DNA from: Gemmatimonadota bacterium | GTDB taxonomy: Bacteria; JAAXHH01 | Length of the DNA: 64,000 nt | Direction of reading: 5' to 3' | Assembly: GCA_009837395.1 (NCBI GenBank) | Contig: VXTP01000046.1 | Location: 65,946-129,945 of the forward strand | Shown here: positions 28,916-37,627 of the stretch, one piece after another | Layout of the letters: every line of letters begins with the position of its first letter | Position numbering within the stretch: position 1 is the first letter of the stretch | Made by a program: the position numbers and the translations under genes | The notes under the pieces: generated by a model | Database searches by the model: none | Told to the model about the DNA's origin: nothing | Seen by the model: the letters and a program-made list of their open reading frames with translations, nothing else

Positions 28916-29852
28916 CGGTATCCACCTGCACGAGGCTGGTCCTCAGGTGGGATGCGTTGGGAAAGCCTTTGAAGTAGGAGGCGAAGAACTTGCGCATTTC
29001 CATCACGCCCACCTTCTCCCCTTTGTACTCCACCATCATGCCCAGGTGGTCCCGAGCGAGCCGGACACGCTCGGTAAACGTCGGTATCCGCGCGCCGGAG
29101 AAGATGTAGGGGTTGTCTCTCGCGGCCCGGGCGATCATCACGCCGGCGCATCCTGTCTCTTCCACCATCCGCACCGCATCCTCGTAGGTGAACACGTCGC
29201 CGTTACCGAAGATCGGCACCGGAGAGACTTCCACGGCGCGGGCGATCCATGACCAGTCCGCGGTCCCGTTGAACTTCTGCGCCACGGTGCGGGCGTGCAC
29301 CGCCACGGCGTGGGCGCCGGAATCCGCGGCGCGTTTCACCACCTCCAGGATGCTGATGTTGTCGTGGTCCCAGCCCAGCCGCGTCTTGATGATGACGGGG
29401 ATCGAGACGGCCTCCGCCACGCTGCGCACCGCGTTCATCATCCGGTCGATGTCCTTCAGAAAGGCGGCGCCGGAATCGGACCGCAGGATCTTGGGCACAG
29501 AACACCCAAAGTTGATGTCCATGATCTGCGCGCCCTTTTCCTCCAGCACCAGCGCGCCTTCCACCATGCGGCCGATGTCGTTCCCGTAGATCTGCGCCGC
29601 GAGCAGCGACATGCCGGTGTCGCGGTAGATGTCGGCGTCGCAGAAGTTCATCATCTGAAGCGTCTTAGGGTTCTTGTGGAGAATGGCGTTGCAGTTGATG
29701 AATTCCACGCCGACCATCTGGGCGCCCATCTTCGCGCAGATCAACCGGAACGGCCAGTTGCTGATGCCCGCCATGGGCGCCAGCGTGAGGATGGGCATGC
29801 CAGGTTTGAGCGACTTTATGCGGTGCGGACCTATGGCGATTTCGTGGGTCAT
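28848..29852 (-). CDS. dus: tRNA-dihydrouridine synthase (DusB-like)
   Basis: LAPMAGISNWPFRLI; FMN-binding TIM barrel; catalytic Cys in NFGCSVPKI. Overlaps the phoU 3' end convergently by 68 bp. Confidence 0.8.
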   Translation of the reverse strand: MTHEIAIGPHRIKSLKPGMPILTLAPMAGISNWPFRLICAKMGAQMVGVEFINCNAILHKNPKTLQMMNFCDADIYRDTGMSLLAAQIYGNDIGRMVEGALVLEEKGAQIMDINFGCSVPKILRSDSGAAFLKDIDRMMNAVRSVAEAVSIPVIIKTRLGWDHDNISILEVVKRAADSGAHAVAVHARTVAQKFNGTADWSWIARAVEVSPVPIFGNGDVFTYEDAVRMVEETGCAGVMIARAARDNPYIFSGARIPTFTERVRLARDHLGMMVEYKGEKVGVMEMRKFFASYFKGFPNASHLRTSLVQVDTVTQAHRILDEWVTESDLQPHDA

Positions 29853-30169
29853 GTGTGCTGGACGGTCTCGCGTCTTATACTCCTGCATTCTATCCAATTC
29901 CGCACGTGGCGCCGGTTGACAACCCGGCGATGCGCAGATACCTGTAATCGCGTTCAAAGTAAGCCGGGACGCCGGCTGATCGCAAGGTCTTTGTCTGCGC
30001 GCCCGCCGGCCGAAAAGTGGTGCGAAGACCTGAGCCTGTGTTTTGCGAACGCCGTACCGTCATCCGGATCAGCCGGGGTCTCGCTTATCTGCCCAGCGTA
30101 CCGCTTCGGACCCGCAACGCGTACTGCGGATCGATCATTCGGTTTTAATGAGATCAGGTTTTTTTAAAT

Positions 30170-30266
30170 CTAATTATTGACATCTATCACCTATAATTTA
30201 TTATTTAGTCTCGGCTAAAACTAATGTACGTTTTCTGGTATTCACAAAGGAGCGGAAATACAATCC
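30170..30266 (+). promoter_or_regulatory. AT-rich island upstream of the outer-membrane protein gene (probable promoter/operator region)
   Basis: Local GC far below the window average. Contains TTGACA and TATAAT, but with an incompatible 9-nt spacer. AAGGAG 14 nt before the ATG. Confidence 0.3.
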
Positions 30267-31502
30267 ATGGGGATTAGCCCTATAAAATGCCCGGTACAGA
30301 TCCTGGTTGCCCTTGCCACGTTGTTTCCGGCCGTGCTGTGCATGAGCTTCGCTTCCGCGCAGGAAAACGACGAGCATCCCGGCAAGGCCTCACTGCCCGG
30401 ATTTATTGAAGTCGGAGGGGTTGCGGATTTTATCCTGTCGCGGAACCGGTTTTCCGACGGAGAAAGTTCCACATCCACCTCGGTCAAACAGCTGGAAGTG
30501 GGCGTTGGCATCGAGCCCCACGCGTGGATTGGCTCGGAGTTCGGATGGATACGCGAGCATGAAGAAGGTCACGGTAAAGAGGAGGACGGGCGCAACCTGG
30601 GGTTCATTACGGGCTCGATCGTCGTAGGGCCGCCCGATGGCGGGTGGTGGCTCAAGGGCGGTGTGCAGTTCCTTCCCTTCACCCTGTTCGAAACGGCCGG
30701 ATTCCAGGCGGTGCACGATGCCGGTATCGGTCCCCTGGAGACCGGCGCGATTGTCGATCCACTGTCCTACGAGTTCGGATCCAAAAGAGAAAAGTCCCTG
30801 TTGCTGGGCGTATCCCTCGGCGAGTTCCAGGGCAGCGTCTACGGGTACCAAGGAGACGATGCGCGTTCGGATGAACCCCGGTCCGGTATCGGGGCCGTGG
30901 TGGGCTATAGAAAACACGTGGACGCGGAAGACGAAATCGCCTTCAACCTGTCGTATATCGATGACCTGGGCACGCTGGCCGGCTTTCAGGAAGAGGTGTT
31001 TGGGCACGATGAGGAAGCGCACGGCGCTCACCACAACGCTCACCACGGCGCTGACCACGGCGCTCACCACGGCGCCGACCACGAAGGGCCACCCACGGGC
31101 AGCGATGTACGGATGCCCGGATGGGCTGCGGCGACGGCCATTCACTACAGCGGTGTGTCCATCACCGCCGAGTACATGATCTCCCAGGATCGATACGCTC
31201 CCGGCGTACTGGCGTTCGATGGCCGGGGCGCCCGCCCTGCGGCCTGGTCTCTGGAGGTCGGTTATGGGTTTGAACTGACGGGAAGGGGCGGAGCGCTCGC
31301 GCTGGGGTACCAGGGCACATCAGAGGCGGCGGGACTCGGCATACCGTCGATTCGCTACCTGTCCGTGGTCTCTGTCGACATATGGAAGGACACGCTCTCC
31401 GGCACGCTTGAGTGGCTCCACGACAGAGAATATGGAACAGCGAGGGGCGGTAGCGGCGAGAACACGAACAAATACACGCTGCAGCTGGGCGTCGCATTCT
31501 GA
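30267..31502 (+). CDS. Outer-membrane beta-barrel (porin-like) protein with His-rich (GAHH/GADH)n loop
   Basis: 31-aa signal peptide (ASA-QE). Alternating amphipathic strands. C-terminal LQLGVAF with terminal Phe. HGAHHNAHHGADHGAHHGADHEG encoded by a 12-bp tandem DNA repeat at 31020-31085. Confidence 0.6.
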   Translation: MGISPIKCPVQILVALATLFPAVLCMSFASAQENDEHPGKASLPGFIEVGGVADFILSRNRFSDGESSTSTSVKQLEVGVGIEPHAWIGSEFGWIREHEEGHGKEEDGRNLGFITGSIVVGPPDGGWWLKGGVQFLPFTLFETAGFQAVHDAGIGPLETGAIVDPLSYEFGSKREKSLLLGVSLGEFQGSVYGYQGDDARSDEPRSGIGAVVGYRKHVDAEDEIAFNLSYIDDLGTLAGFQEEVFGHDEEAHGAHHNAHHGADHGAHHGADHEGPPTGSDVRMPGWAAATAIHYSGVSITAEYMISQDRYAPGVLAFDGRGARPAAWSLEVGYGFELTGRGGALALGYQGTSEAAGLGIPSIRYLSVVSVDIWKDTLSGTLEWLHDREYGTARGGSGENTNKYTLQLGVAF

Positions 31503-31540
31503 GCAGCGGAAACAGCCAATCCAGATTCCGGCGGCCGCGG

Positions 31541-31795
31541 TCAGTGCATGGCGATTCCGTCACCGAAGGGCGTGGTCGGAATGTGCCGCTCGTTGAGGGC
31601 CATTCCCAGGCGGGACAGGCCTTCGGGATCTCCCCAGGCCAGGACGGATTTGCCGGCGCGCGTTTCGTCCAGCACCCGGCTGATGCACCGGTTGTAGAAG
31701 GGCTTCGCCGGAAACATCACGCTGACCCGGTCCGAGTCTCCCCGGCACCACTTGAACACCCTGTTGCCTTCGAATCCGCGGTAAATCAGGACCAT
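31541..31795 (-). CDS. Hypothetical small protein (84 aa)
   Basis: ORF only; no recognised family. Flanked by a 275-bp low-GC non-coding tract. Confidence 0.4.
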   Translation of the reverse strand: MVLIYRGFEGNRVFKWCRGDSDRVSVMFPAKPFYNRCISRVLDETRAGKSVLAWGDPEGLSRLGMALNERHIPTTPFGDGIAMH

Positions 31796-32070
31796 ATTCT
31801 ACCCCCTTTCCGAAAGCATCACCGGACTACTAAACAAAAGATAAGCACAAATCGGCAAATTGTCAACTTTTTGTCGATTTTTGCTTCAAAATCCGGACTA
31901 AGAACGCGGTTTTTCGCAGAAATCCGCATTTTGTGCCGATTTTCGTGCGATGGGACGTTGAATCCCTGTAAACGCGATCCTCGATGCTTGTTAAGGCTTT
32001 AGTCGGAAAAGGCCTTTAAAAATCCGCAGAAAACTGAGTATTCCGCCTTCGAAAGTTACGAGTCTCCCGA

Positions 32071-32595
32071 TCACCCGCCTTCCGGTTTCGGCATGACCGC
32101 GCCGCAGATCCTGCAGGTACGGTGTTCTTTGCTGTTGAAGAACCGGTTCATAACGGGCGGCAACTGGCTGACGATGTCTTCCAGTTCGAAACGTTCCTCG
32201 TAGAGTTTCTCCCCGCAGCTTTCGCAATACCACATGAACCCGTCGATCTCACCGCTTCTCCGCCTGGTTTCCATGACCAGGCCCACGGTGTCCGCCGGTC
32301 TCTGGGGCGAATGGGGAACCCCGGCGGGAAGGAGGAAGATCTCGCCTTCCCGGATCGGGACGTCCACGGGCTTGCCGTCGTCGATGATCTTCAGGACGAT
32401 ATCGCCCTCCACCTGGTAGAAGAACTCTTCGCCTTCATTGTAGTGGTAGTCCTTGCGGGCGTTCGGTCCGCCGACGACCATGACGATGAAGTCTTCGGCC
32501 TCCGTATAGACGCACTGGTTGCCGACCGGTGGCTTGAGCAGGTGCCTGTGTTCGTCTATCCAGGCCTTGAAGTTGAACGGAGCCGTTACGGCCAT
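32071..32595 (-). CDS. 3-hydroxyanthranilate 3,4-dioxygenase (HAAO/NbaC type)
   Basis: Cupin core with HSPQRPADTVGLVME; C-terminal rubredoxin-like CESCG...CRICG. Confidence 0.9.
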   Translation of the reverse strand: MAVTAPFNFKAWIDEHRHLLKPPVGNQCVYTEAEDFIVMVVGGPNARKDYHYNEGEEFFYQVEGDIVLKIIDDGKPVDVPIREGEIFLLPAGVPHSPQRPADTVGLVMETRRRSGEIDGFMWYCESCGEKLYEERFELEDIVSQLPPVMNRFFNSKEHRTCRICGAVMPKPEGG

Positions 32596-32610
32596 GATCG
32601 ACCTCCTTGT

Positions 32611-33024
32611 TCAGATCGTAGCGATGCATTTCAATTCGATGGCAATCCGGGTAGGAAGCCGGGAAACCCCGACCGTGGTGCGGCAGGGCTGATGATCCCG
32701 GAAATACTCACGGTAGATACGGTTGAATGCCGTGAAGTCCTTTTCCATGTCGGTGAGGTACACGGTGATGTCCACGAGGTTCTCCCAGGCGCTGCCCGCG
32801 TCTTCCAGGATGGAGCGGACATTCTGGAAAACGGCGTGGCACTGCTGCTCGATATCGTAGGACGCGATCTCGCCGTCCGGCCCCAGGGTCACCCCCGGAA
32901 TGCCCTGCCGGCCCCTGGCGCGGGGCCCGATGCCCGACAGGAACAGCAGGTTCCCGACCCGCCGGGCATGGGGATAGGGTCCCACGGGTTCGGGGGCCCG
33001 GTCGGAATCGTAATGCTGTTGCAT
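32611..33024 (-). CDS. RidA/YjgF-family deaminase (2-aminomuconate deaminase-like, AmnD/NbaF type)
   Basis: YjgF fold motifs (GPYPHARRVGNLLFLSG..., DITVYLTDM). Positioned within the kynurenine/aminophenol cluster. Confidence 0.75.
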   Translation of the reverse strand: MQQHYDSDRAPEPVGPYPHARRVGNLLFLSGIGPRARGRQGIPGVTLGPDGEIASYDIEQQCHAVFQNVRSILEDAGSAWENLVDITVYLTDMEKDFTAFNRIYREYFRDHQPCRTTVGVSRLPTRIAIELKCIATI

Positions 33025-33095
33025 GGCCGTGTCTCCGTGTGCCGCCTGGTCTTACGGGATATCGTCTATATCGTCCATACCGTCCATACCGTCCG

Positions 33096-34535
33096 CTACA
33101 TCTTGATGCACACGTTCTTGGGCTCGGTGAAGAACCGCAGGGCCTCGAATCCTCCTTCGCGGCCCACGCCCGACTGCTTCATGCCGCCGAAGGGCGTGCG
33201 GAGGTCCCTCAGCATCCAGCAGTTGATCCAGATGATGCCCGCGTGCAGGCGTTCGGCCACGCGGTGGGCGCGGCCCAGGTTCTCGGTCCAGACCATGGCT
33301 GCCAGGCCGTAGGGCGTACCGTTGGCCTGGGCCACCGCTTCGTCGTCGGAATCGAAGGGCAGGAGCGTCACCACGGGACCGAAGATCTCTTCCTGGTTGG
33401 TCCGGCAGTCCGGCGGCAGGCCTTCGATCACCGTGGGCGCGACGAACCAGCCGTCCCGGCAGCGGCCGTTTACCCGCACCCGTTGCCCGCCGCAGAGAAT
33501 CCGTCCGCCTTCTTCCCTGGCCAGTTCCACGTAGGACAGGATCTTGTCCATGTGTGCCTCGGACACGAGGGCGCCGAGCCGGTTGCCGGCATCCCTCGGA
33601 TCCCCGACGGTCAGGCGGCGGGTACGTTCGACGAAATCATCCCGGAAGGTCTCGTACAGGGGCCGTTCGACGAGGATGCGCGGACCGCACAGGCAGATTT
33701 CTCCCTGGTTGGAGAAGGAGGACAGCAGGGCGGTCTGCAGGGCGTCCTCGTAGGGACAGTCCGCGAAGACGATATTCGGGTTCTTGCCGCCCAGCTCGAG
33801 GGAGATCCGCTTGAAGTTCGGCGCGGCCGCGGCCGCGATGCGCCTGCCCGTGGCCGTCCCGCCCGTGAAGGAAACGACCGGAATGCCGGGATGGCCCGCC
33901 ACGGCCGCGCCTGTCTTGCGGCCGTAGCCGTGCACGATGTTCAGCACCCCGGCGGGCAGTCCCGCTTCGATGCATATCCTGGACAGCAGGAACGCGGTCG
34001 TGGGCGTCAGTTCCGAGGGCTTGCCGATCACGCAGTTGCCGGCGGCCAGGGCCGGCGCGATCTTCCACGTCAGCAGGTAGAGGGGCAGGTTCCAGGGGGA
34101 AATGCACCCGGCGAGGCCGATGGGCGCCCGAAGGGTGTAATTAAGGGCGGCATTGCCCATGGCGTGGGCGTCGCTGGCGAAGTGCTCGATGGCCGTCGCG
34201 TAAAACCGGAAGTTGCTCGCGGCGCGGGGGATGTCCACCGTTTCCGCCAGGGCCACCGGCTTGCCCGTATCATTCGATTCCGCCAGGGCCAGTTCCTCCC
34301 GGTTCTCCTCGATCAGACCGGCAATGCGGAGGAGGTGGCCGGATCGTTCCTGGACGGACAGGGACGACCAGGCCGGAAAGGCCTTTTCCGCGGCAACGAC
34401 CGCTTCCTCTACGTCCGGCGCGCCGGAGTCGGGCGTCCTGCCGATCACGGCGCCCGTGGCGGGCTCGATATTGTCCAGGTAAGCGCCGCCGGCCGGTTCG
34501 CGCAATTCGCCGCCGATGTAGTTGAGTACATGCAT
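33096..34535 (-). CDS. 2-aminomuconate-6-semialdehyde dehydrogenase-like NAD-dependent aldehyde dehydrogenase
   Basis: ALDH motifs ELGGKNP and catalytic Cys in GEICLCGPRILV. Start taken at MHVLNYIGGE; the ORF-track extension to 34652 runs into a tandem repeat. Confidence 0.8.
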   Translation of the reverse strand: MHVLNYIGGELREPAGGAYLDNIEPATGAVIGRTPDSGAPDVEEAVVAAEKAFPAWSSLSVQERSGHLLRIAGLIEENREELALAESNDTGKPVALAETVDIPRAASNFRFYATAIEHFASDAHAMGNAALNYTLRAPIGLAGCISPWNLPLYLLTWKIAPALAAGNCVIGKPSELTPTTAFLLSRICIEAGLPAGVLNIVHGYGRKTGAAVAGHPGIPVVSFTGGTATGRRIAAAAAPNFKRISLELGGKNPNIVFADCPYEDALQTALLSSFSNQGEICLCGPRILVERPLYETFRDDFVERTRRLTVGDPRDAGNRLGALVSEAHMDKILSYVELAREEGGRILCGGQRVRVNGRCRDGWFVAPTVIEGLPPDCRTNQEEIFGPVVTLLPFDSDDEAVAQANGTPYGLAAMVWTENLGRAHRVAERLHAGIIWINCWMLRDLRTPFGGMKQSGVGREGGFEALRFFTEPKNVCIKM

Positions 34536-34577
34536 AGTGCCGCGAAACCGCCTGAAATGTGGTATTGGATACGTCGG

Positions 34578-34661
34578 GCCGGGTGCACCGCGCATGGTAC
34601 GCCGCGCCGGGTGTGCCGCGCCGGGTGTGCCGCACCGGGTGTGCCGCGCCAAGTGTGCCGC
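34578..34661. repeat. 14-bp tandem repeat x6 (ccgggtgtgccgcg) upstream of the ALDH gene
   Basis: Read directly. Confidence 0.85.
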
Positions 34662-34758
34662 GCCAGGTTACAGGTTAATGTAGAACGGTCCGGGAGACCT
34701 GTCAAGCCGGCGGACGGCCTCCATCGCGATCACCCCGCCATGTTCCGCCTGCCGGGCG

Positions 34759-36219
34759 TCATCCGGGCGTCACCTGGGCGCCGAGCCGTTCCCCGACGAG
34801 CCGCTCCGCCATGTTCCAGTCGACCTGATCCGCCGTGGAGATGGAGGCGCAGAGCTCCCGGAGGATGCCTTCCTGGATTTCCCCGCAGTGCAGTGCCTCG
34901 CTGTAGGGGAACCGGTGGAACGACACCATGGAGTAACGGGGGATGAACCGGTCGGGATACTTCTGTTCCAGCAGGAAACCTACTTTCTGCCGCAACTGGA
35001 AACCGGGATCGCTTACCAGGTCACGCATTTCGACGTAATTGGCCAGGGCCATGTCGGCGATGGCATCCGTGTCCATCTTCCTGCGGCGCCCGAAGGACTC
35101 GAATGCGCTTCCCCAGTCCGGCCAGTGCGTCTCGATACATTCGTCGAGGATGGTGCAGTCTTCGAAAGCGCAGTTCATCCCCTGGCCGAAGAACGGCACG
35201 ATGGCGTGCGCGGCGTCACCCAGGAGCAGCACCCGGTCGCGGTAATGCCAGGGAGAACACTTGAGGGTGACCAGGGACTCGGTGGGATTGTCGCGGTACA
35301 GGGTGGCCAGATCGGGCATCAGCGCCGTCGCGTCGGGAAACTGCATCTTGAAGAAGTCCAGGATCTGGCGCGGGTCCAGGAGACTGGCAAAACTGTACTC
35401 GCCTTCGTGAGGGAAGAAGAGGGTGCAGGTAAAACTGCCGTCCAGGTTGGGCAGCGCGATGAGCATGTACATGCCCCGCGGCCAGATATGGAGGGCATTG
35501 CGCTCCATCCTGTACGCGCCGTCCGGTCCGGCGGGAATGGACAGTTCCTTGTATCCGTGGGTCAGGTACTGTTGGGAGAGGTCGAACCGGCCCACGTTCA
35601 TCATGGCGGTCCGGATGGCCGATGCCGAGCCGTCCACGCCGATGACCCGGTCGGGACGGAGGGAGTGGACGTGATTGGTCGCGTCGTCGCGGACGTACAG
35701 CACGCCGGTACGGAATTCCAGCCCGGTGCACCGGGCGTTGAAATGCAGCCGCACGCCGTCCTCCCGATCCGCGGCATCCAGCAGGAACTGGTTCAGTTCG
35801 CCGCGGGATACGGAGAAGATGACCTCGTCCTCCCGCTGTCCGTAGGGCTGCAGGACCCGGTCGCCTTCCACGGGATGGATCAGCCGTCCCACCATGGGGA
35901 TCGCCATGGCCAGGACTTCGTCTCGAAGGCCTACCTGCCCCAGCGCATGAAGGCCCCGCACCGACATGGCCAGATTGATCGACCGGCCCGCCTGGCCGGC
36001 CTGGCTTGGTTGGCCGGCTTGACTCGGTTGGCCGGCTTGACTCGCCTGGACCGCATGACCGGCTTGACCGGCCTGACCGGCGCCGGCCGATTCGCGGCGG
36101 ATATCGGGCCGCTTCTCGTACACCTCGACCCGGAATCCGCGGCGGGCGAGGAAGATCGCCAGCAGGGATCCGGCAAGGCCCGCGCCGATCAGGGTTACGG
36201 TTTCCCGTTTGGCCCCCAT
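34759..36219 (-). CDS. kmo: Kynurenine 3-monooxygenase (FAD-dependent) with in-frame low-complexity QAGQ(P)S insertion
   Basis: GAGLAGSLLA FAD motif, GDAAH; ~38-aa insertion AGAGQAGQAGHAVQASQAGQPSQAGQPSQAGQAG encoded by DNA repeats at ~35985-36085. Confidence 0.9.
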   Translation of the reverse strand: MGAKRETVTLIGAGLAGSLLAIFLARRGFRVEVYEKRPDIRRESAGAGQAGQAGHAVQASQAGQPSQAGQPSQAGQAGRSINLAMSVRGLHALGQVGLRDEVLAMAIPMVGRLIHPVEGDRVLQPYGQREDEVIFSVSRGELNQFLLDAADREDGVRLHFNARCTGLEFRTGVLYVRDDATNHVHSLRPDRVIGVDGSASAIRTAMMNVGRFDLSQQYLTHGYKELSIPAGPDGAYRMERNALHIWPRGMYMLIALPNLDGSFTCTLFFPHEGEYSFASLLDPRQILDFFKMQFPDATALMPDLATLYRDNPTESLVTLKCSPWHYRDRVLLLGDAAHAIVPFFGQGMNCAFEDCTILDECIETHWPDWGSAFESFGRRRKMDTDAIADMALANYVEMRDLVSDPGFQLRQKVGFLLEQKYPDRFIPRYSMVSFHRFPYSEALHCGEIQEGILRELCASISTADQVDWNMAERLVGERLGAQVTPG

Positions 36220-36295
36220 GAGTAACCTCGATTGCTTCCGGACCGGAACGAAGGCCGGTCCACCCGGCCCGCACGACCTGCCCGGCTCACCTTGC

Positions 36296-37585
36296 TCACC
36301 CGGTCCACTCGGTCTGATCCATGCCCTCCGCCATGACTTCCACGAAACGGCGGACGTCCGAAAAACAGTTGTAAAGCGGAACGGGGGCGACGCGGATCAC
36401 GTCCGGCTCCCGCCAGTCGCACCAGATGCCGTGATTGGACAGATGCCGGTGCACGCGGCCGCCTCGCGGCCCCGTCCGGAGCGAAAGCTGGCATCCGCGC
36501 TGCTCCTGGTCCGACGGCGTGATAATGACCAGTTCATCCGGGAAGCGTTCCCGGAGCAGGTGTTCAAGGTAACCGGTCAGCCTTCTGCTCTTCTCTCGCA
36601 ACCGATCCATGCCCGCCTCTTCGAAAAGGTCCAGCGAGGCGCGCAGGGCCGCCAGCGGGAGAATGGGAGGATTGCTGAGTTGCCAGCCATCCGCGCCCGG
36701 GATCGCCTCGAAAGCCGAGGGCATCCGGAACCGGGTGGCCTGGTCGTGTCCCCACCATCCGGCGAATCGGGGCAGGTCGTCTCTCCTTCCGTGCCGTTCG
36801 TGGACGAAGCACCCGCCTACGCACCCGGGCCCGCCGTTCAGGTACTTGTAGGAACACCAGACGGCGAAATCCACGTCCCAGTCGTGCAGCTGCAGTTCCA
36901 GGTTTCCCATGGCGTGGGCGAGGTCGAATCCCACGACACAGCCCTTCCGATGGCCCGCTGCCGTAATCCGGTCCATTTCGAAGGCCTGGCCGGTCAGGTA
37001 GTTCACCCCGCCCAGGAAAACCAGGGCGATGGACTCGCCCTCCCGTTCGAGCAGGTCCTCGATGTCCGCCGTGCGGATCGTGTCCTCCCCTTCCCGCGGA
37101 TGCAGTTCGATCACGCTTTCCGCGGGGTCGTAGCCGTGCCAGGCCGCCTGCGAAGCGACGGCGTACTGGTCGGAGGGAAAGGCGGCGCCTTCGACGAGGA
37201 TGCGGAATCTCTCCGGGGTCGGCCGGTAGAAGGAGACCATCATGAGGTGAAGGTTCACCGTAAGGGTGTTCATGGCGACGACTTCCCCGGGCAGGGCGCC
37301 GGCAAGGCGGGCTAGCGGGTCCGCCAGCGCTTCGTGGTAGGGCATCCAGGGGTTTTCTCCCTTGAAATGGCCTTCTACGCCCAGGCTTCGCCAGTCGTCG
37401 AGTTCCCGTTCCACATATTCCCGTGCGGTTACGGGCTGGAGTCCGAGCGAATGGCCCACCAGGTAGACCGCCTCGGCCCCGCTACCGGCCCTCGGAAAAT
37501 GAAAGCGCGACCGGAAGTCCGCAAGCTCATCCGTCGCGTCCAGTTCGCCAGCGTCCAATCGCTGGTCGTCTGTCTCGGCGCTCAT
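36296..37585 (-). CDS. kynU: Kynureninase (PLP-dependent)
   Basis: Class V aminotransferase fold; PLP-Lys region CSYKYLNGGPG. Start taken at MSAETDD. Confidence 0.9.
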   Translation of the reverse strand: MSAETDDQRLDAGELDATDELADFRSRFHFPRAGSGAEAVYLVGHSLGLQPVTAREYVERELDDWRSLGVEGHFKGENPWMPYHEALADPLARLAGALPGEVVAMNTLTVNLHLMMVSFYRPTPERFRILVEGAAFPSDQYAVASQAAWHGYDPAESVIELHPREGEDTIRTADIEDLLEREGESIALVFLGGVNYLTGQAFEMDRITAAGHRKGCVVGFDLAHAMGNLELQLHDWDVDFAVWCSYKYLNGGPGCVGGCFVHERHGRRDDLPRFAGWWGHDQATRFRMPSAFEAIPGADGWQLSNPPILPLAALRASLDLFEEAGMDRLREKSRRLTGYLEHLLRERFPDELVIITPSDQEQRGCQLSLRTGPRGGRVHRHLSNHGIWCDWREPDVIRVAPVPLYNCFSDVRRFVEVMAEGMDQTEWTG

Positions 37586-37627
37586 CTCGCCGGCGTCCGT
37601 TCGTGGGTCGGTTCGGGTGTCCATAGA

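Noticed and set aside
30177-30200. TTGACA ... TATAAT pair in the AT-rich island before the OMP gene
   Set aside because: The spacer is only 9 nt, incompatible with a sigma70 promoter; kept only as evidence of an AT-rich regulatory island.
31541-31795. Assigning a family to the 84-aa ORF (DUF427, GIY-YIG, antibiotic-biosynthesis monooxygenase-like were considered)
   Set aside because: None of the diagnostic motifs of those families is present, so it is left as hypothetical.
33039-34946. 635-aa plus-strand ORF antisense to the ALDH/KMO genes
   Set aside because: Low-complexity antisense frame; overlaps genes with strong enzyme motifs.
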